From Puniceicoccales bacterium (GTDB lineage: Bacteria; Verrucomicrobiota; Verrucomicrobiia; Opitutales; LL51), in contig JAITJQ010000078.1 of NCBI GenBank assembly GCA_031278845.1, forward strand, positions 1 to 54,676: a DNA stretch of 54,676 nucleotides, in the 5' to 3' direction. The position numbers were made by a program, and so were the translations under genes. The notes beneath the pieces were generated by a model that worked only from the letters and a program-made list of their open reading frames with translations, was not told the origin of the DNA and made no database searches. Below are positions 44,427-54,532 of the stretch, piece after piece (position 1 is the stretch's first letter; each line of letters starts with the position of its first letter).

Positions 44427-44686
44427 AGGGAGAAGTGAAATAAAAATCAAAACATTGCAAGTCTACATCTAATTTTTCCGTATGGTATTTTAAAACCAAT
44501 CGATGCTATCTTTTGAAAACACTTGATAATGGCTGAAAATGTAGGTAAACCTATGGAAATAATAGTGGAAAAGATGGGGATAATATGATTCTATTTCCGC
44601 GATTTCTCGTGCGGTGGGAAATTTTTATGGCAAGATTTCAAAAATAATCTTGAACTGAGGGAGATTCATTGCAGAAGGTATAGGCC

Positions 44687-45322
44687 ATGGGCTTCGGTAA
44701 GATTTTTATTATTTCAGGACCTGCTGGAATCGGAAAATCGACGGTTTGCAATCGTTTAGTCGAAAGCTACGGCGGTAATCTTAAGAGAATTGTTACGGCG
44801 ACGACGCGCCCACCTCGTCCCGGCGAAGTCGATGGCGTCGACTACTGTTTTATTGATGAGGCGACCTTTTTGAAGTACATTGCCGAAGAGAAATTTTTGG
44901 AGTATGCCAATGTCCATCGGAAATATTTTTATGGGACACCGCTTGTGCAGGTCTCTTCCAATAGACGCCACGGCATTGATTCCCTCCTCATTATCGATGT
45001 TCACGGGGTTAGGAGTATACGTAGGAATTTTCGTCGACTTGTGGGGCATATGGTGACCATTTTTATAATGCCGGAGCAGTTGGAGGTCCTTACCGAACGA
45101 CTTTCCCTACGGGGTTCTGAGAAGAGGGATGATCTGGCTCAGCGTTTACAATCGGCGAAAGATGAAATCAAGTATGCAAAGGATTACGATTATATCGTCG
45201 TGAGCGGTACCAAGGAGGAGGATTTTATTTCGATGCAGACCATTTACGAGAGGGAGAGTGCTCGGCCGAAATGTTGTGCCAAGCCTTGGCATTGGATACA
45301 GCCTAAAAAACAGCTTGCATAG
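44687..45322 (+). CDS. gmk: guanylate kinase
   Basis: P-loop ISGPAGIGKST, TTRPPRPGEVDGVDYCF, and EYANVHRKYFYGT. Confidence 0.92.
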   Translation: MGFGKIFIISGPAGIGKSTVCNRLVESYGGNLKRIVTATTRPPRPGEVDGVDYCFIDEATFLKYIAEEKFLEYANVHRKYFYGTPLVQVSSNRRHGIDSLLIIDVHGVRSIRRNFRRLVGHMVTIFIMPEQLEVLTERLSLRGSEKRDDLAQRLQSAKDEIKYAKDYDYIVVSGTKEEDFISMQTIYERESARPKCCAKPWHWIQPKKQLA

Positions 45323-45372
45323 ATTCTACGCTCGGGATGTATTGAAAATTTCAGAGGAACGGTACATTTTCT

Positions 45373-45933
45373 ATGCGAATTACGGGAGGTTTAGCGCGAG
45401 GGATTGTGCTCAAGAGCGTCGATGAGGTCGTTCTACGACCGGCGACAGACTATTTGCGCCAGGCAGTATTTTCCTCATTGGGAGATAAGGTTATGGGAGC
45501 AAATTTTCTAGACATTTTTGCTGGCATTGGCGGCTATGGTTTAGAAGCCTTGAGCCGCGGTGCTTACGCGGGTGTATTTGTTGAGAATAGTCACAGAATT
45601 GCCGAGGCACTGCGGAAGAATTTAGAGGCCGTTTGCAAGAGTAGTGGGATTAAGGATGGGAGTCGCATCTGGGTGATCGATGCGTTCAAGATCAATACGG
45701 AAAAACGATTTGATTGCATTTTCATTGATCCGCCCTACGATTTGGTTCGGACCCATGGGGGCAAAATTTTGGCCCATGGGGTACAATTTCTGCGAAGGAG
45801 TGAACGGTCTCGACTGATTTTCGAAATGCCGGTCGATGTGCATCTCGTACCTCCAGACGATTTACGCGAATTGCGCCGTATTGAAAAGGGTGGCAAAAAT
45901 AGCCCCGCCGCAGTGATTTATACCGTGGCGTAG
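45373..45933 (+). CDS. rsmD: 16S rRNA (guanine966-N2)-methyltransferase RsmD family
   Basis: RITGG...RPATDYLRQAVFSSL, SAM motif DIFAGIGGYGLEALSRGA, and catalytic DPPY. Confidence 0.85.
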   Translation: MRITGGLARGIVLKSVDEVVLRPATDYLRQAVFSSLGDKVMGANFLDIFAGIGGYGLEALSRGAYAGVFVENSHRIAEALRKNLEAVCKSSGIKDGSRIWVIDAFKINTEKRFDCIFIDPPYDLVRTHGGKILAHGVQFLRRSERSRLIFEMPVDVHLVPPDDLRELRRIEKGGKNSPAAVIYTVA

Positions 45934-46042
45934 TTTTTTTTGGCTCTTTTAATATCTTGATTTTTGACGCACCGTTTGTTCCCACCCTTTGCCACCAGCA
46001 TTGAGGCCGTTTTTAATTTTGTCAAGTAATTTGTTGAAAAAG

Positions 46043-46062
46043 ATGGAAAAGCATTTTTCCAT
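46043..46062. terminator. AT-rich hairpin between convergent rsmD and hemW (possible bidirectional terminator)
   Basis: ATGGAAAA gcat TTTTCCAT, an 8-bp perfect stem with an A-run upstream and a T-rich run downstream. Confidence 0.4.
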
Positions 46063-46085
46063 ATGTTTTGGATTGAAAGTTTATT

Positions 46086-47210
46086 TTACTCTAAGGCATT
46101 AAAAAATTCTTGGGCAATGGCATCGCAGAGGAGGCGGCCTTTGGGGGTGAGGCGGATGCGTTGTTGTTGTTTCGTGAGGAGACCCTGGGTTTTGAGGTTA
46201 TCGACCAGGGATGCTACTTTTTGGCGAAAGATATTTTTCTCCAAATCTACGCCTTCGTTCATCCGTAGGCCGAAAATGATTTCATCGATGGCCAATATTT
46301 TTTTGTCTAACTTTATAACGTCCATTCGTTCCGGAGCATTGATTTCAAGTCCCGTGGCCCAGCGGTTTAGGGAGGCGATATTGGTATAACGTAGTCCACG
46401 ATATTGGCTACTTGCCGATGGTCCCACTCCAATCCATTCGTGCATGAGCCAGGTGTTGCGATTGTGTGCGGATGCATAGTTCCCTTTGCAGAAATTGGAA
46501 ATTTCATATTGCCGATAGCCGTGGGTTTCGAGGAATTCGCAAACCATTCCATAAAAATCATGGTCACGACTTTCGTCGGAACTGTTGCCCAATTTATTTT
46601 TTAGTATCGTGTCATCTTCGTAGGTTAGACAGTAGGTCGAAATGTGTTCCGGATTGAGGGCAATTGCCGCCGATAGATCGTCGAGCAATTGTTTGCTGGT
46701 TTGGCCCGGTGCGGAAAAAATGAGATCGATGCCGACATTGGCGAAACCTACCGAACGGACGAGTTCATGGGCATGAAAAATCTGTTGGGAGGTTTGTTTA
46801 CGGCCGAGCGTGCGCAGGATTGCTTCATTGAAACTTTGTACGCCCATCGAAATGCGATTGATTCCGGCGGCTTTCCAATGTTGTAGTTTTTCGACGCTGA
46901 CCGTGTTGGGCGCGATTTCTACGGTCCACTCCAATGGTATTCTGTGCATTTTTGAATGCAATGTTTGGGCAATTTGGTCGATGGCTTTGGGCGGTAGGAT
47001 TCCAGGGGTTCCGCCACCAAAATAAATTGTGTCGAAGGTGCGTTCGTCGTGAATGGATTGTATTTCCAGGAGGAGTGCGTATAAATAGCGTTCGAGATTT
47101 TGGTGAGATGGTAGTTCTTTATAGAAGGCGCAATAGTCACATTGTGTTGCGCAAAACGGTATATGTATATATAATCCGAGTGGCGTGTAAACTTTTTCTT
47201 GCCTATTCAT
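46086..47210 (-). CDS. hemW: radical SAM heme chaperone HemW (oxygen-independent coproporphyrinogen III oxidase-like)
   Basis: LGLYIHIPFCATQCDYCAFY CxxxCxxC radical-SAM motif, YFGGGTP, and an HemN_C-like C-terminus. Start at Met14 (MNRQEKVY) is preferred (ORF maximum 47249). Confidence 0.88.
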   Translation of the reverse strand: MNRQEKVYTPLGLYIHIPFCATQCDYCAFYKELPSHQNLERYLYALLLEIQSIHDERTFDTIYFGGGTPGILPPKAIDQIAQTLHSKMHRIPLEWTVEIAPNTVSVEKLQHWKAAGINRISMGVQSFNEAILRTLGRKQTSQQIFHAHELVRSVGFANVGIDLIFSAPGQTSKQLLDDLSAAIALNPEHISTYCLTYEDDTILKNKLGNSSDESRDHDFYGMVCEFLETHGYRQYEISNFCKGNYASAHNRNTWLMHEWIGVGPSASSQYRGLRYTNIASLNRWATGLEINAPERMDVIKLDKKILAIDEIIFGLRMNEGVDLEKNIFRQKVASLVDNLKTQGLLTKQQQRIRLTPKGRLLCDAIAQEFFNALE

Positions 47211-47236
47211 TGCTCCATAATTATGGTATCTGCAGC

Positions 47237-48217
47237 ATGAGTTTGTCATCGTATATTGGTAAAATTTTTTTTATAGTGAGTGTGCTTTTTTTGGCCGGTT
47301 GCGACGGCGAAAATATTTGCAATATGACTCCCAGTGTAATGCTTCAAAACCAATCGAATATCTATACCCTTACGATGGCCATCCGTGGTATGGATGGCGA
47401 TGTTTCGCAGAAAAGTATCAAACCTTACATAGTGGTTAATGGCGAAAAACATGAGATGAAAAAACATCCCGATGGCAATAACGTGTTTGTTTATGATTGT
47501 TACTTTTATGGTGTTGGTACGATTCCTTACTATTTCGAGGTGGTTTACGGGATGAATCGCAATGGTAGTATTCGGGAGAAAGTCACAAAATCTAAGTTAT
47601 TTAGTGCAACGGTGACGGATAAGTATATTTTTGCGTTGGATGCGAATCGTGGACCCGTTGGGGTGACTGTGAATGTCGTTGGTTACGGTTTGACAAGGGC
47701 GGATAGGGTGCGCTTTGGAAGGCGTATCGTGCCGACAAATTGGCTATCCGCTGGAGCAATGGAGTTCGTCGTTCCATCCGTTGAGTGCGATAACGAGTAT
47801 GAAGTGTACGTTTTGGCTAATCGGAAGGAGCTTTTTGCGGGAACGTTTTTCGTGGATGCATCGACGCTACGCTGCAGTACGGACTTTATTCGCCTCGCCA
47901 ATGGTGAAAGTCAACGTATTGTGTTTATGCTTGATCATCCGGCACCGGAAGAGGGTGTCGAAATCGAGATCACGACCGATATTCCCGATAGTATTGTTAT
48001 GCCGGAGGTACATTTTATATCGGGTGAGCGTACGGTAAGCGTCAATATTACGGGGGGTGAAGAATCGGCTAAGGGTACGCTATTCGCTCGAGCTAAGGGG
48101 TTTTCGTCGTTGGAAATTCCTTTGGAAGTCGGTGATGGGGCAGATGCGGTGGCTGTATCTAAAAAATTCTATCCCGATCGGTACGTTTGGGATGATGATG
48201 ATGTCGTCGTATTGTAA
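47237..48217 (+). CDS. lipoprotein with beta-sandwich (IPT/TIG-like) appearance
   Basis: The real start is MSLSSYIGKIFFIVSVLFLAGC, with lipobox LAG|C; the upstream 101 codons of the 427-aa ORF are antisense to hemW. The rest is beta-rich (VTVNVVGYGL..RVRFGRRIV..EFVVPS). Confidence 0.65.
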   Translation: MSLSSYIGKIFFIVSVLFLAGCDGENICNMTPSVMLQNQSNIYTLTMAIRGMDGDVSQKSIKPYIVVNGEKHEMKKHPDGNNVFVYDCYFYGVGTIPYYFEVVYGMNRNGSIREKVTKSKLFSATVTDKYIFALDANRGPVGVTVNVVGYGLTRADRVRFGRRIVPTNWLSAGAMEFVVPSVECDNEYEVYVLANRKELFAGTFFVDASTLRCSTDFIRLANGESQRIVFMLDHPAPEEGVEIEITTDIPDSIVMPEVHFISGERTVSVNITGGEESAKGTLFARAKGFSSLEIPLEVGDGADAVAVSKKFYPDRYVWDDDDVVVL

Positions 48218-48364
48218 GGGTATTCGGGGCAGGAAGGTTTGGGCAGTTTGTTGAGTACTTGCGAAGGCGGGTTGTTTGTGCATTTTTAGGTTTATTGATG
48301 CATGTTTGCGGAGGTGGTGTGCTATTTTTTTGGTTTGTTGAAGTATGCTTTATGGGGGCGGGTG

Positions 48365-48448
48365 GCTTTTGTGCACCCGTGGAGGCTTCGCCTCCTGACC
48401 TTTTTTCAAAAGGTTTTGCGGTTTCACCGCAAACGGGTGCACAAAAGC
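48365..48448. repeat. GC-rich nested-palindrome element B (four-way-junction fold)
   Basis: 16-bp outer stem GCTTTTGTGCACCCGT (48365-80) pairs with ACGGGTGCACAAAAGC (48433-48). It encloses GGAGGC ttc GCCTCC (48381-95), ACCTTTT ttc AAAAGGT (48398-414) and TTGCGGT ttc ACCGCAA (48416-32). Confidence 0.85.
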
Positions 48449-48515
48449 TTCTCCCGGGGGTAGGAAGCGATCATACGAATTTTATATCAGGCACAAAAGT
48501 TACCTTGGGCCAACT

Positions 48516-48902
48516 TTACCGGTTGACGAGCAATGCGATAGCGGAGGCGAGGGATTGGGTATGGGTTAAGGTGATAAGAATTTCGGAGCCATTGAATTGT
48601 TGCAACAAATTTTGTGCGAGCGGGTCGAGGCGGATGAAAGGGCGACCATTAGTTTGGTGATTAACGGTGGCACTTTTCCAATGGAATTGTGGACCGACTC
48701 CGCAATGGAATGCTTTGGAGACGGCTTCTTTAGCGGCGAAGCACGATGCTAGGGATGGGAATGGATTTTTTTTAGAGAAGCAGTAATTGATTTCGTTAGG
48801 GGCGTAGATTTTTCGTAGAAATTTGTCGCCATATTTTTGGTAAGCGGATTGGATGCGGTTAATTTCGACGATATCGTGGCCGATGGAAAGAATGGAATTC
48901 AT
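48516..48902 (-). CDS. acpS: holo-ACP synthase (4'-phosphopantetheinyl transferase)
   Basis: SIGHDIVEINRI, FAAKEAVSKAF, and GRPFIRL. 128 aa. Confidence 0.9.
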   Translation of the reverse strand: MNSILSIGHDIVEINRIQSAYQKYGDKFLRKIYAPNEINYCFSKKNPFPSLASCFAAKEAVSKAFHCGVGPQFHWKSATVNHQTNGRPFIRLDPLAQNLLQQFNGSEILITLTHTQSLASAIALLVNR

Positions 48903-48940
48903 ATCAAAGGGGATAGTAATTTTTTTTAGGGATTTACTGT

Positions 48941-48966
48941 AATAAAAGAGGCGGATTGCTCCGCCT
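48941..48966 (-). terminator. rho-independent terminator after the autotransporter gene
   Basis: On the minus strand, AGGCGG agcaat CCGCCT is followed by CTTTTATT, 25 nt after the stop at 48991. Confidence 0.6.
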
Positions 48967-48990
48967 TTCTATGTTTATTTTATATAGCGA

Positions 48991-51900
48991 TTAGAAGGAG
49001 TAGGAGGCTATAATGGAGCCTGCAATATCTTTGAAGTGGTTACCGAGTTGGGTATGACTGCCGAGGGACAATCCGAAGTTACCGAACTGCATATTCCAGG
49101 AAGCCCTTGCCACGAAAGAATCCTTACCTGTGCTCACATTAAAGGGATCGAATTCGAAAAATTCAGCAGGGCCGTCACCATTGGCAGCTATTTTATAGGT
49201 GCCATCGTTATATGTTTCATAGAGGGATACTTTACCCTTCTTCTGTTTACGAAACTCATGTTTGTAGCCCATAGCCAATTCCAAAATGCCCGATGAGAAA
49301 TCGTAATCTGCGGCTACACCGACTGTTGTTTCGATGGAGCGGCGATCTGCTGCTGAGACTTTACGTTCGAAGTGCGAGCCGTCAGCTGGGGCGGCATCTT
49401 GAGCATTTCTTTCGAGTCGATCGATATTGGATTTTTGGTGAATTGTTGCGGTAGACAGCGATACCCATGGGCCGACATTGAAGCCGTAGAGATTCCAATG
49501 TTTATAGGTACAATCGATATTGCCACTGAGCCAATGTCCTTTATGGGAAGGGCTAATGGATGGGACATGGAGTTCGTTAAGGAAAGGAAAGGCGTACTCA
49601 TCGTTATATTTTCCATGGCCGGCCATGAGGGAGAATTTAACACAAATGTCTTCCACGAACTCATCCCACATACCATAAATGCCGCCGAAGTAGGATTCGA
49701 GGTTACATTTGCCGTCACCGTCATCATTACTCAGGTATATCTCACCTTTATATTTAGCCTTTGCTTTACCGTATCCGCCGAGTACGCCGATGAGCAAGTT
49801 ATTATTGACGCGCCAATCGATACCGGTTGTGAAGCCAAAGATATCACAGTTCATCTTATAGGAACTTGTGGAACCGTTTCTGGTAACGTCACCGAAGCCA
49901 GAGACCCAAACATTGTAGTGTTTATCGCCGAAGAATTCTCCTCCCAATTTAGAGTAGACGGTTTCGCGTACACTATTGATGAGAGTCAACGTCATGCGAT
50001 TTTTTTCTTCGGTTGTGGTTTTAGAGAATGTTGGAAGGATGTCGCTGTGATTATTCTCTAAATAGCTCAAAATACCTCTTTCGATTGCGGTTCTAGCACC
50101 ATTTTCGTAAGCATTTTCCACTAATTTAGCGAAGTCATTTGAAAGGTACTGAGCACTGCCGCCGAGCAATCTTCCAAAACTGGGCACATCTGCATTTTCA
50201 AAATTCAGTACCAGCTTATCACCATCTCGTGCCAATGTTACACCACTAATGGGTCCAGTGATTTCAGTTGATAGCGCATCCGCAATATTATCTCCTTCGC
50301 TATTGCTTTCAAAGTTGATAAACTGCAAGTCAGGATTTGCTTCTTGGTACGCCGCCAAAAACGCCAGTATTTGTTTTCTTCCGAGTCCGGCGGGACCAAT
50401 TTCCGCCAAGTCAAAGGCAAGACCGACCTTTGTGTTTGCTGGAATATTCAAAGTTCCTTGCGGCCAATTGAGCATCGGGCTAGCTTTTGGGCTACGATTA
50501 GTCAACCCAAAGACGAACGTTAGGTCAGCCTCTGCAATAATATTACCCGCTAAAGTAACGGTATCGGTATCCAGGAAACGAACTGCGCCATCTCTACCTG
50601 CAACGATTGCATTGGAATCACCGGCTGCGATGATGACGGGATCTAAGGTTATGGAGGCACCATCTTCGAGTCGAATTAAGGCTACTTTGTTGGCATGTTC
50701 GCCGTGAACACCGAGAGTTAAAGTCCCTGCGGTACCATCATTGGAGCCAGTGATTTTTGCATAGCTTTCTTCTTTAACGAGGATGAGTTGGGAGGCGTCT
50801 TGTGTATTAATTTTTGCTAATACGCGTTTGTCGTCTGCATCCTCATCTGCGAGTGTTAAATTGCATCCGTTAAGTTTTATCTCGCATGGTTGATCTTTCG
50901 TACCTCCCTCAAGTACGATATAATTGTGGAAGGAACTATCTCCGTTATTTTTAATCTTAAAAGACACATCGGAACCCCCTAGGATCTGGGCATCATTATA
51001 AAAGCCAAGAACTTTATCAAAGGCCAAAGTTCCTTTGACTTGCAATACGCCCACTTTTCCAGCACCGGTGCCGTTAAATGCCAGTTGGTTATCTATGTCC
51101 AATGGAGAAATACTTTTTAAAGCCAGGGTCAATGTTGTACCCTCCGGAATGGTAATATCGCCACCAGTAAACAAGTGACCATAGTTGATATTAAGTGCGT
51201 CATTTTCATCTCGGAGAGATTCTTCACATTTTAGCTTAGAGTTCTCAAGAACCTGAATACCTTCCTTGAGCCATAATGATCCCTTCTTGATTGTATAATT
51301 TCCATTAAATTTATTCAATGAAGATTCCTCTAAAGTATCATTAACCACTATTTTCACTTTATCCGATTCAGAGGCTCCAAGAATTAATTTTTTTAAATAT
51401 CTGTTGCCTGAACATATAACCCCAAATTCTGCATTTTGTGTCGCAATTTTGGCTGTTAAAAAATTGTAGGTATCCGACGACCGAAAAATAAAATTAGCAC
51501 GATCAATATTAAGACTTCGAACACAGCCTATATTTACATTTTCATTTATTTTATTAACTAGCAATAGATTAGAATTTTTTGTAAGTTTATCATAGATGAT
51601 ATCCGCTAGGTCTACCGATTGATGATCACCCTGACCGCCAGCGTCAAAGACGATAGCAACATTTTCGTTTTCTCGTATATTTGTAGCATTAATCAATATG
51701 CTCTTGGAACTACCAGTAGGGTTCGCTAAATCGAGAAATCCTGAAAGATTATCTTGTGTAAGTTGCAACACAAAGGTGCGAGGAGGTGCATCATCCGCTG
51801 CTTCTACTGGGGTAATCGCAAAGGGTGCGTTAGAGACTCCTCCTTCTAGGAGTTGATTCAAAGCAGTTATGTGGACATTGTTGCTCCGAAGCGTATTAAT

Positions 51901-53085
51901 CTGGTTTAATATTGCCTCTCCAAGAACTGCGTCATCATTCACAGATATGCCCTCAGCACCTAATAAGGTCAAAATGCCTTGAATCTCGCTGTTGGCTGTA
52001 CGAATGTAATTCAACACTTTCTCGAGAGCTTTTGGGAAATTGTCGGCATTTATGTGGCTATTCAGCTGCTCCGCGACCGTAGTTCGACACGCCTGCAGTT
52101 TATAAGCTGATTTCAAAATGCTTCTAACGTCCGGATGGCTATCCCCACCATTCGGATCCTCCCCTATCCCCTGGAGAATGTTATTGGCCGCTACTATGGC
52201 ATTATGGAGCTCCGAATGAGTTGCATTACCAACACCATTAGCCCCATTAACGAGATGGGCGAGAGCGCCACCTCCTGCCTGGCCTTCGCCAACGCTTGCA
52301 ATGCCTCTATCGCTATTGCCAATGGCGTCGTCCCCCGCAGCGCCCGCTGCGGCGACAAGTTTGCCCCACGCCGTCACAAAATTAAGTAGAGTTTCGGTAT
52401 CCTGCTGAATTCCCACATCGGGATGATTTTGCCCTATCCCTTGGAAGATGCCTTTAAGGGCTTCATAGGAGTCTGTTTGCGCGGATGATATACTACTGAT
52501 GTCTCCCTTTGCCTCTTCGAGGGCTGCTACGATTGCAAGGGCCTGCTTTTTAGCGGCGCCTACATCCAAAACGTTACACCAATTAACGTATGCTCCATGA
52601 ATGGTATTGCTTAGGAAAGCCTCCAGTGCGTCGCCACTATCAGCAGGCTGCTCTCGCGTAAAACTGTCGTAAACTTCATCCGGGATTGTATCCGCGATAC
52701 GATCGCCCCAGAGATAATCATTATTTTCCGGTTTGTGAGTTTCGTTGAAAATCACTTGGACTGTATTGCCAACAGCAGGTGTTCCAACGATTGTGATTCG
52801 ATCCTGTGCCCCGGCCTCTGCCCGCAAAAGATTCTCTACCAATCCCGCAGCTGACAGTATCCCATCGCCATTAAAAACCTGTGCGTTGTCACTGCCGGGG
52901 GAGTTAGCGGTCAATTTAGCATCCTGCCTAATCGCGTTGAGATCAAAACTCTCCGGGAAAGCCGGAGCCACTGGAGCCGCTGCCCCATAGGCACTTGTTC
53001 CCAAGAATGAATAACCCAAACCTAAAACTGTTAGCAAACCGTAACGGTTGGCTAACAGACCTACCCTTTTACTTTTTTCCTTCAT
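48991..53085 (-). CDS. type Va autotransporter outer-membrane protein (1364 aa)
   Basis: Signal peptide MKEKSKRVGLLANRYGLLTVLGLGYSFLGTSAYGAAAP. The passenger has an Ala/Gly-rich helical N-terminal third containing a recurring LQGIG...HPDV motif, followed by a beta-helix-like section. The C-terminal ~280-aa beta-barrel has alternating aromatic pattern and ends ...IASYSF. Confidence 0.8.
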   Translation of the reverse strand: MKEKSKRVGLLANRYGLLTVLGLGYSFLGTSAYGAAAPVAPAFPESFDLNAIRQDAKLTANSPGSDNAQVFNGDGILSAAGLVENLLRAEAGAQDRITIVGTPAVGNTVQVIFNETHKPENNDYLWGDRIADTIPDEVYDSFTREQPADSGDALEAFLSNTIHGAYVNWCNVLDVGAAKKQALAIVAALEEAKGDISSISSAQTDSYEALKGIFQGIGQNHPDVGIQQDTETLLNFVTAWGKLVAAAGAAGDDAIGNSDRGIASVGEGQAGGGALAHLVNGANGVGNATHSELHNAIVAANNILQGIGEDPNGGDSHPDVRSILKSAYKLQACRTTVAEQLNSHINADNFPKALEKVLNYIRTANSEIQGILTLLGAEGISVNDDAVLGEAILNQINTLRSNNVHITALNQLLEGGVSNAPFAITPVEAADDAPPRTFVLQLTQDNLSGFLDLANPTGSSKSILINATNIRENENVAIVFDAGGQGDHQSVDLADIIYDKLTKNSNLLLVNKINENVNIGCVRSLNIDRANFIFRSSDTYNFLTAKIATQNAEFGVICSGNRYLKKLILGASESDKVKIVVNDTLEESSLNKFNGNYTIKKGSLWLKEGIQVLENSKLKCEESLRDENDALNINYGHLFTGGDITIPEGTTLTLALKSISPLDIDNQLAFNGTGAGKVGVLQVKGTLAFDKVLGFYNDAQILGGSDVSFKIKNNGDSSFHNYIVLEGGTKDQPCEIKLNGCNLTLADEDADDKRVLAKINTQDASQLILVKEESYAKITGSNDGTAGTLTLGVHGEHANKVALIRLEDGASITLDPVIIAAGDSNAIVAGRDGAVRFLDTDTVTLAGNIIAEADLTFVFGLTNRSPKASPMLNWPQGTLNIPANTKVGLAFDLAEIGPAGLGRKQILAFLAAYQEANPDLQFINFESNSEGDNIADALSTEITGPISGVTLARDGDKLVLNFENADVPSFGRLLGGSAQYLSNDFAKLVENAYENGARTAIERGILSYLENNHSDILPTFSKTTTEEKNRMTLTLINSVRETVYSKLGGEFFGDKHYNVWVSGFGDVTRNGSTSSYKMNCDIFGFTTGIDWRVNNNLLIGVLGGYGKAKAKYKGEIYLSNDDGDGKCNLESYFGGIYGMWDEFVEDICVKFSLMAGHGKYNDEYAFPFLNELHVPSISPSHKGHWLSGNIDCTYKHWNLYGFNVGPWVSLSTATIHQKSNIDRLERNAQDAAPADGSHFERKVSAADRRSIETTVGVAADYDFSSGILELAMGYKHEFRKQKKGKVSLYETYNDGTYKIAANGDGPAEFFEFDPFNVSTGKDSFVARASWNMQFGNFGLSLGSHTQLGNHFKDIAGSIIASYSF

Positions 53086-53212
53086 AACCTTTTTTCAAAA
53101 ATTAGAAGTGCACAATTAAATGCACCCTACCAGGAATCAATTTGTTCTTTATGGAAGATTTGTCAACATCTTTATTTTATTTTTTTTTTTATTTTTTCTG
53201 TCTACTTTAAGT

Positions 53213-54532
53213 TTATTCCAAGAGCTCCCACAGGTGATAGAATTGGCTCCCTTTAATGAAAATATTTCCCTGAATTTTTCTAAGGAAAATTGCCTTTGCC
53301 TGTTCTATTTTTTTCCAATGGAAGATTGTCGATATTTCGGTAATCGCCCTTAGTCGGTGGCAAAAAATTTCCATTTCCTTTCCGATTGCGAAGATGGCTA
53401 CATTTTTTTTACCGCGGAAGTATTCTGCCAATTTTTCGTGGTAATTTTCCGAGAACTCGCCCAGTTCCCGCATCCCACCGAGGACGTACGTATTATTGCC
53501 AGGGTATTTCTGATCGAAAAATTGTAGCGCATCCATCATGGCTACCGGGTTTGCATTATAGCAGTCGAGATAGACGCTGTGGCCTTGAAAAATGACCGTT
53601 TCGCCCCGCATTTTTCCGGGTCTCCATTGCAAAATACGTTCCTGAACGGCGTCATCGGTGAGCCTCAAAATTTTCGCTATCGTTGCCGCTTTGGCGAAAT
53701 TTTCCTTTTGTCCGGCACTCATTTCCGGTAGCCTGAAGGTGATATGATCAAAATATTGCCCCCGCAGAGTGATTGTATTTTTTTCCCTACACCGGAAATG
53801 CGTAAAGCGAGGGAAGTGCAAAACATTTTCTCCCTGGCCGACAACGATACACCGATGGGCGAGCCGCTGGAAGGGAGTACATAGGAGACAGCTTTCCGGA
53901 ATGATACCGATATTTTGTCGGGAGAGTGTATTTTCTAAAATTTTGCATTTTTCGTTGACAAGCTGCTCGAAGTTCGTAAAGTTGGAGACATGTGTGAATG
54001 TGACCCCAATTGTAACAGAGATTTCTGGTTCGACTAAATCGATGATGCGATCCATTTCGCCGGGATGGTCGATACCACCCTCGATGATGCCGAAGCGCTG
54101 AGATTTCATATGACTGAGCGTAAGTGTAACGCCCAGTTCATTATTGAGATTTGCGCGTGTGGCGTAGGCATCTTCAGCGAGCAGCGATTGTAGCATGTCT
54201 TTCGTAGAAGTTTTGCCATAGCTACCGGTTACGGCGATGATGGTATAATTTTTCCGATGGATTTTAGCGAGTATTTTAGCGGCTTCGAAGACGTCAAGGA
54301 CGCGGAGTTGTGGCAGCGCTAAATTTTTATCGATTCGGCTAACGATGGCGCAGCCGGCGCCTTTCCGTTGGGCATCGTGGAGGAAGTCGTGGCCATCCCG
54401 TTGGGCGGTGAGCGCTAAAAAGCAGTCGCCGCGCTGGAGGGTGCGCGTATCATTCCAGAACCCATTGATATCGTCGGGAAAGTTGCCGTAAAATTCTGCT
54501 TCAGGTAGCCGTTGAAAGAGGATTGTCTTCAT
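53213..54532 (-). CDS. murF: UDP-N-acetylmuramoyl-tripeptide--D-alanyl-D-alanine ligase
   Basis: Mur ligase P-loop IAVTGSYGKTSTKDML, central domain, and a C-terminal YVLGGMRELGEFSENYH typical of MurF. Confidence 0.88.
   Translation of the reverse strand: MKTILFQRLPEAEFYGNFPDDINGFWNDTRTLQRGDCFLALTAQRDGHDFLHDAQRKGAGCAIVSRIDKNLALPQLRVLDVFEAAKILAKIHRKNYTIIAVTGSYGKTSTKDMLQSLLAEDAYATRANLNNELGVTLTLSHMKSQRFGIIEGGIDHPGEMDRIIDLVEPEISVTIGVTFTHVSNFTNFEQLVNEKCKILENTLSRQNIGIIPESCLLCTPFQRLAHRCIVVGQGENVLHFPRFTHFRCREKNTITLRGQYFDHITFRLPEMSAGQKENFAKAATIAKILRLTDDAVQERILQWRPGKMRGETVIFQGHSVYLDCYNANPVAMMDALQFFDQKYPGNNTYVLGGMRELGEFSENYHEKLAEYFRGKKNVAIFAIGKEMEIFCHRLRAITEISTIFHWKKIEQAKAIFLRKIQGNIFIKGSQFYHLWELLE

Noticed and set aside
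46934-47236. N-terminal 101 codons of the 427-aa plus-strand ORF
   Set aside because: This part is antisense to hemW. The real gene begins at the internal Met at 47237, which gives a textbook lipoprotein signal (LFLAGC).
48991-53085. Calling the autotransporter a chlamydial polymorphic membrane protein (Pmp)
   Set aside because: I found only one GGAL and scattered FxxN-like strings, not the dense GGA(I/L/V)/FxxN repeats that define Pmps, so I kept the generic autotransporter call.
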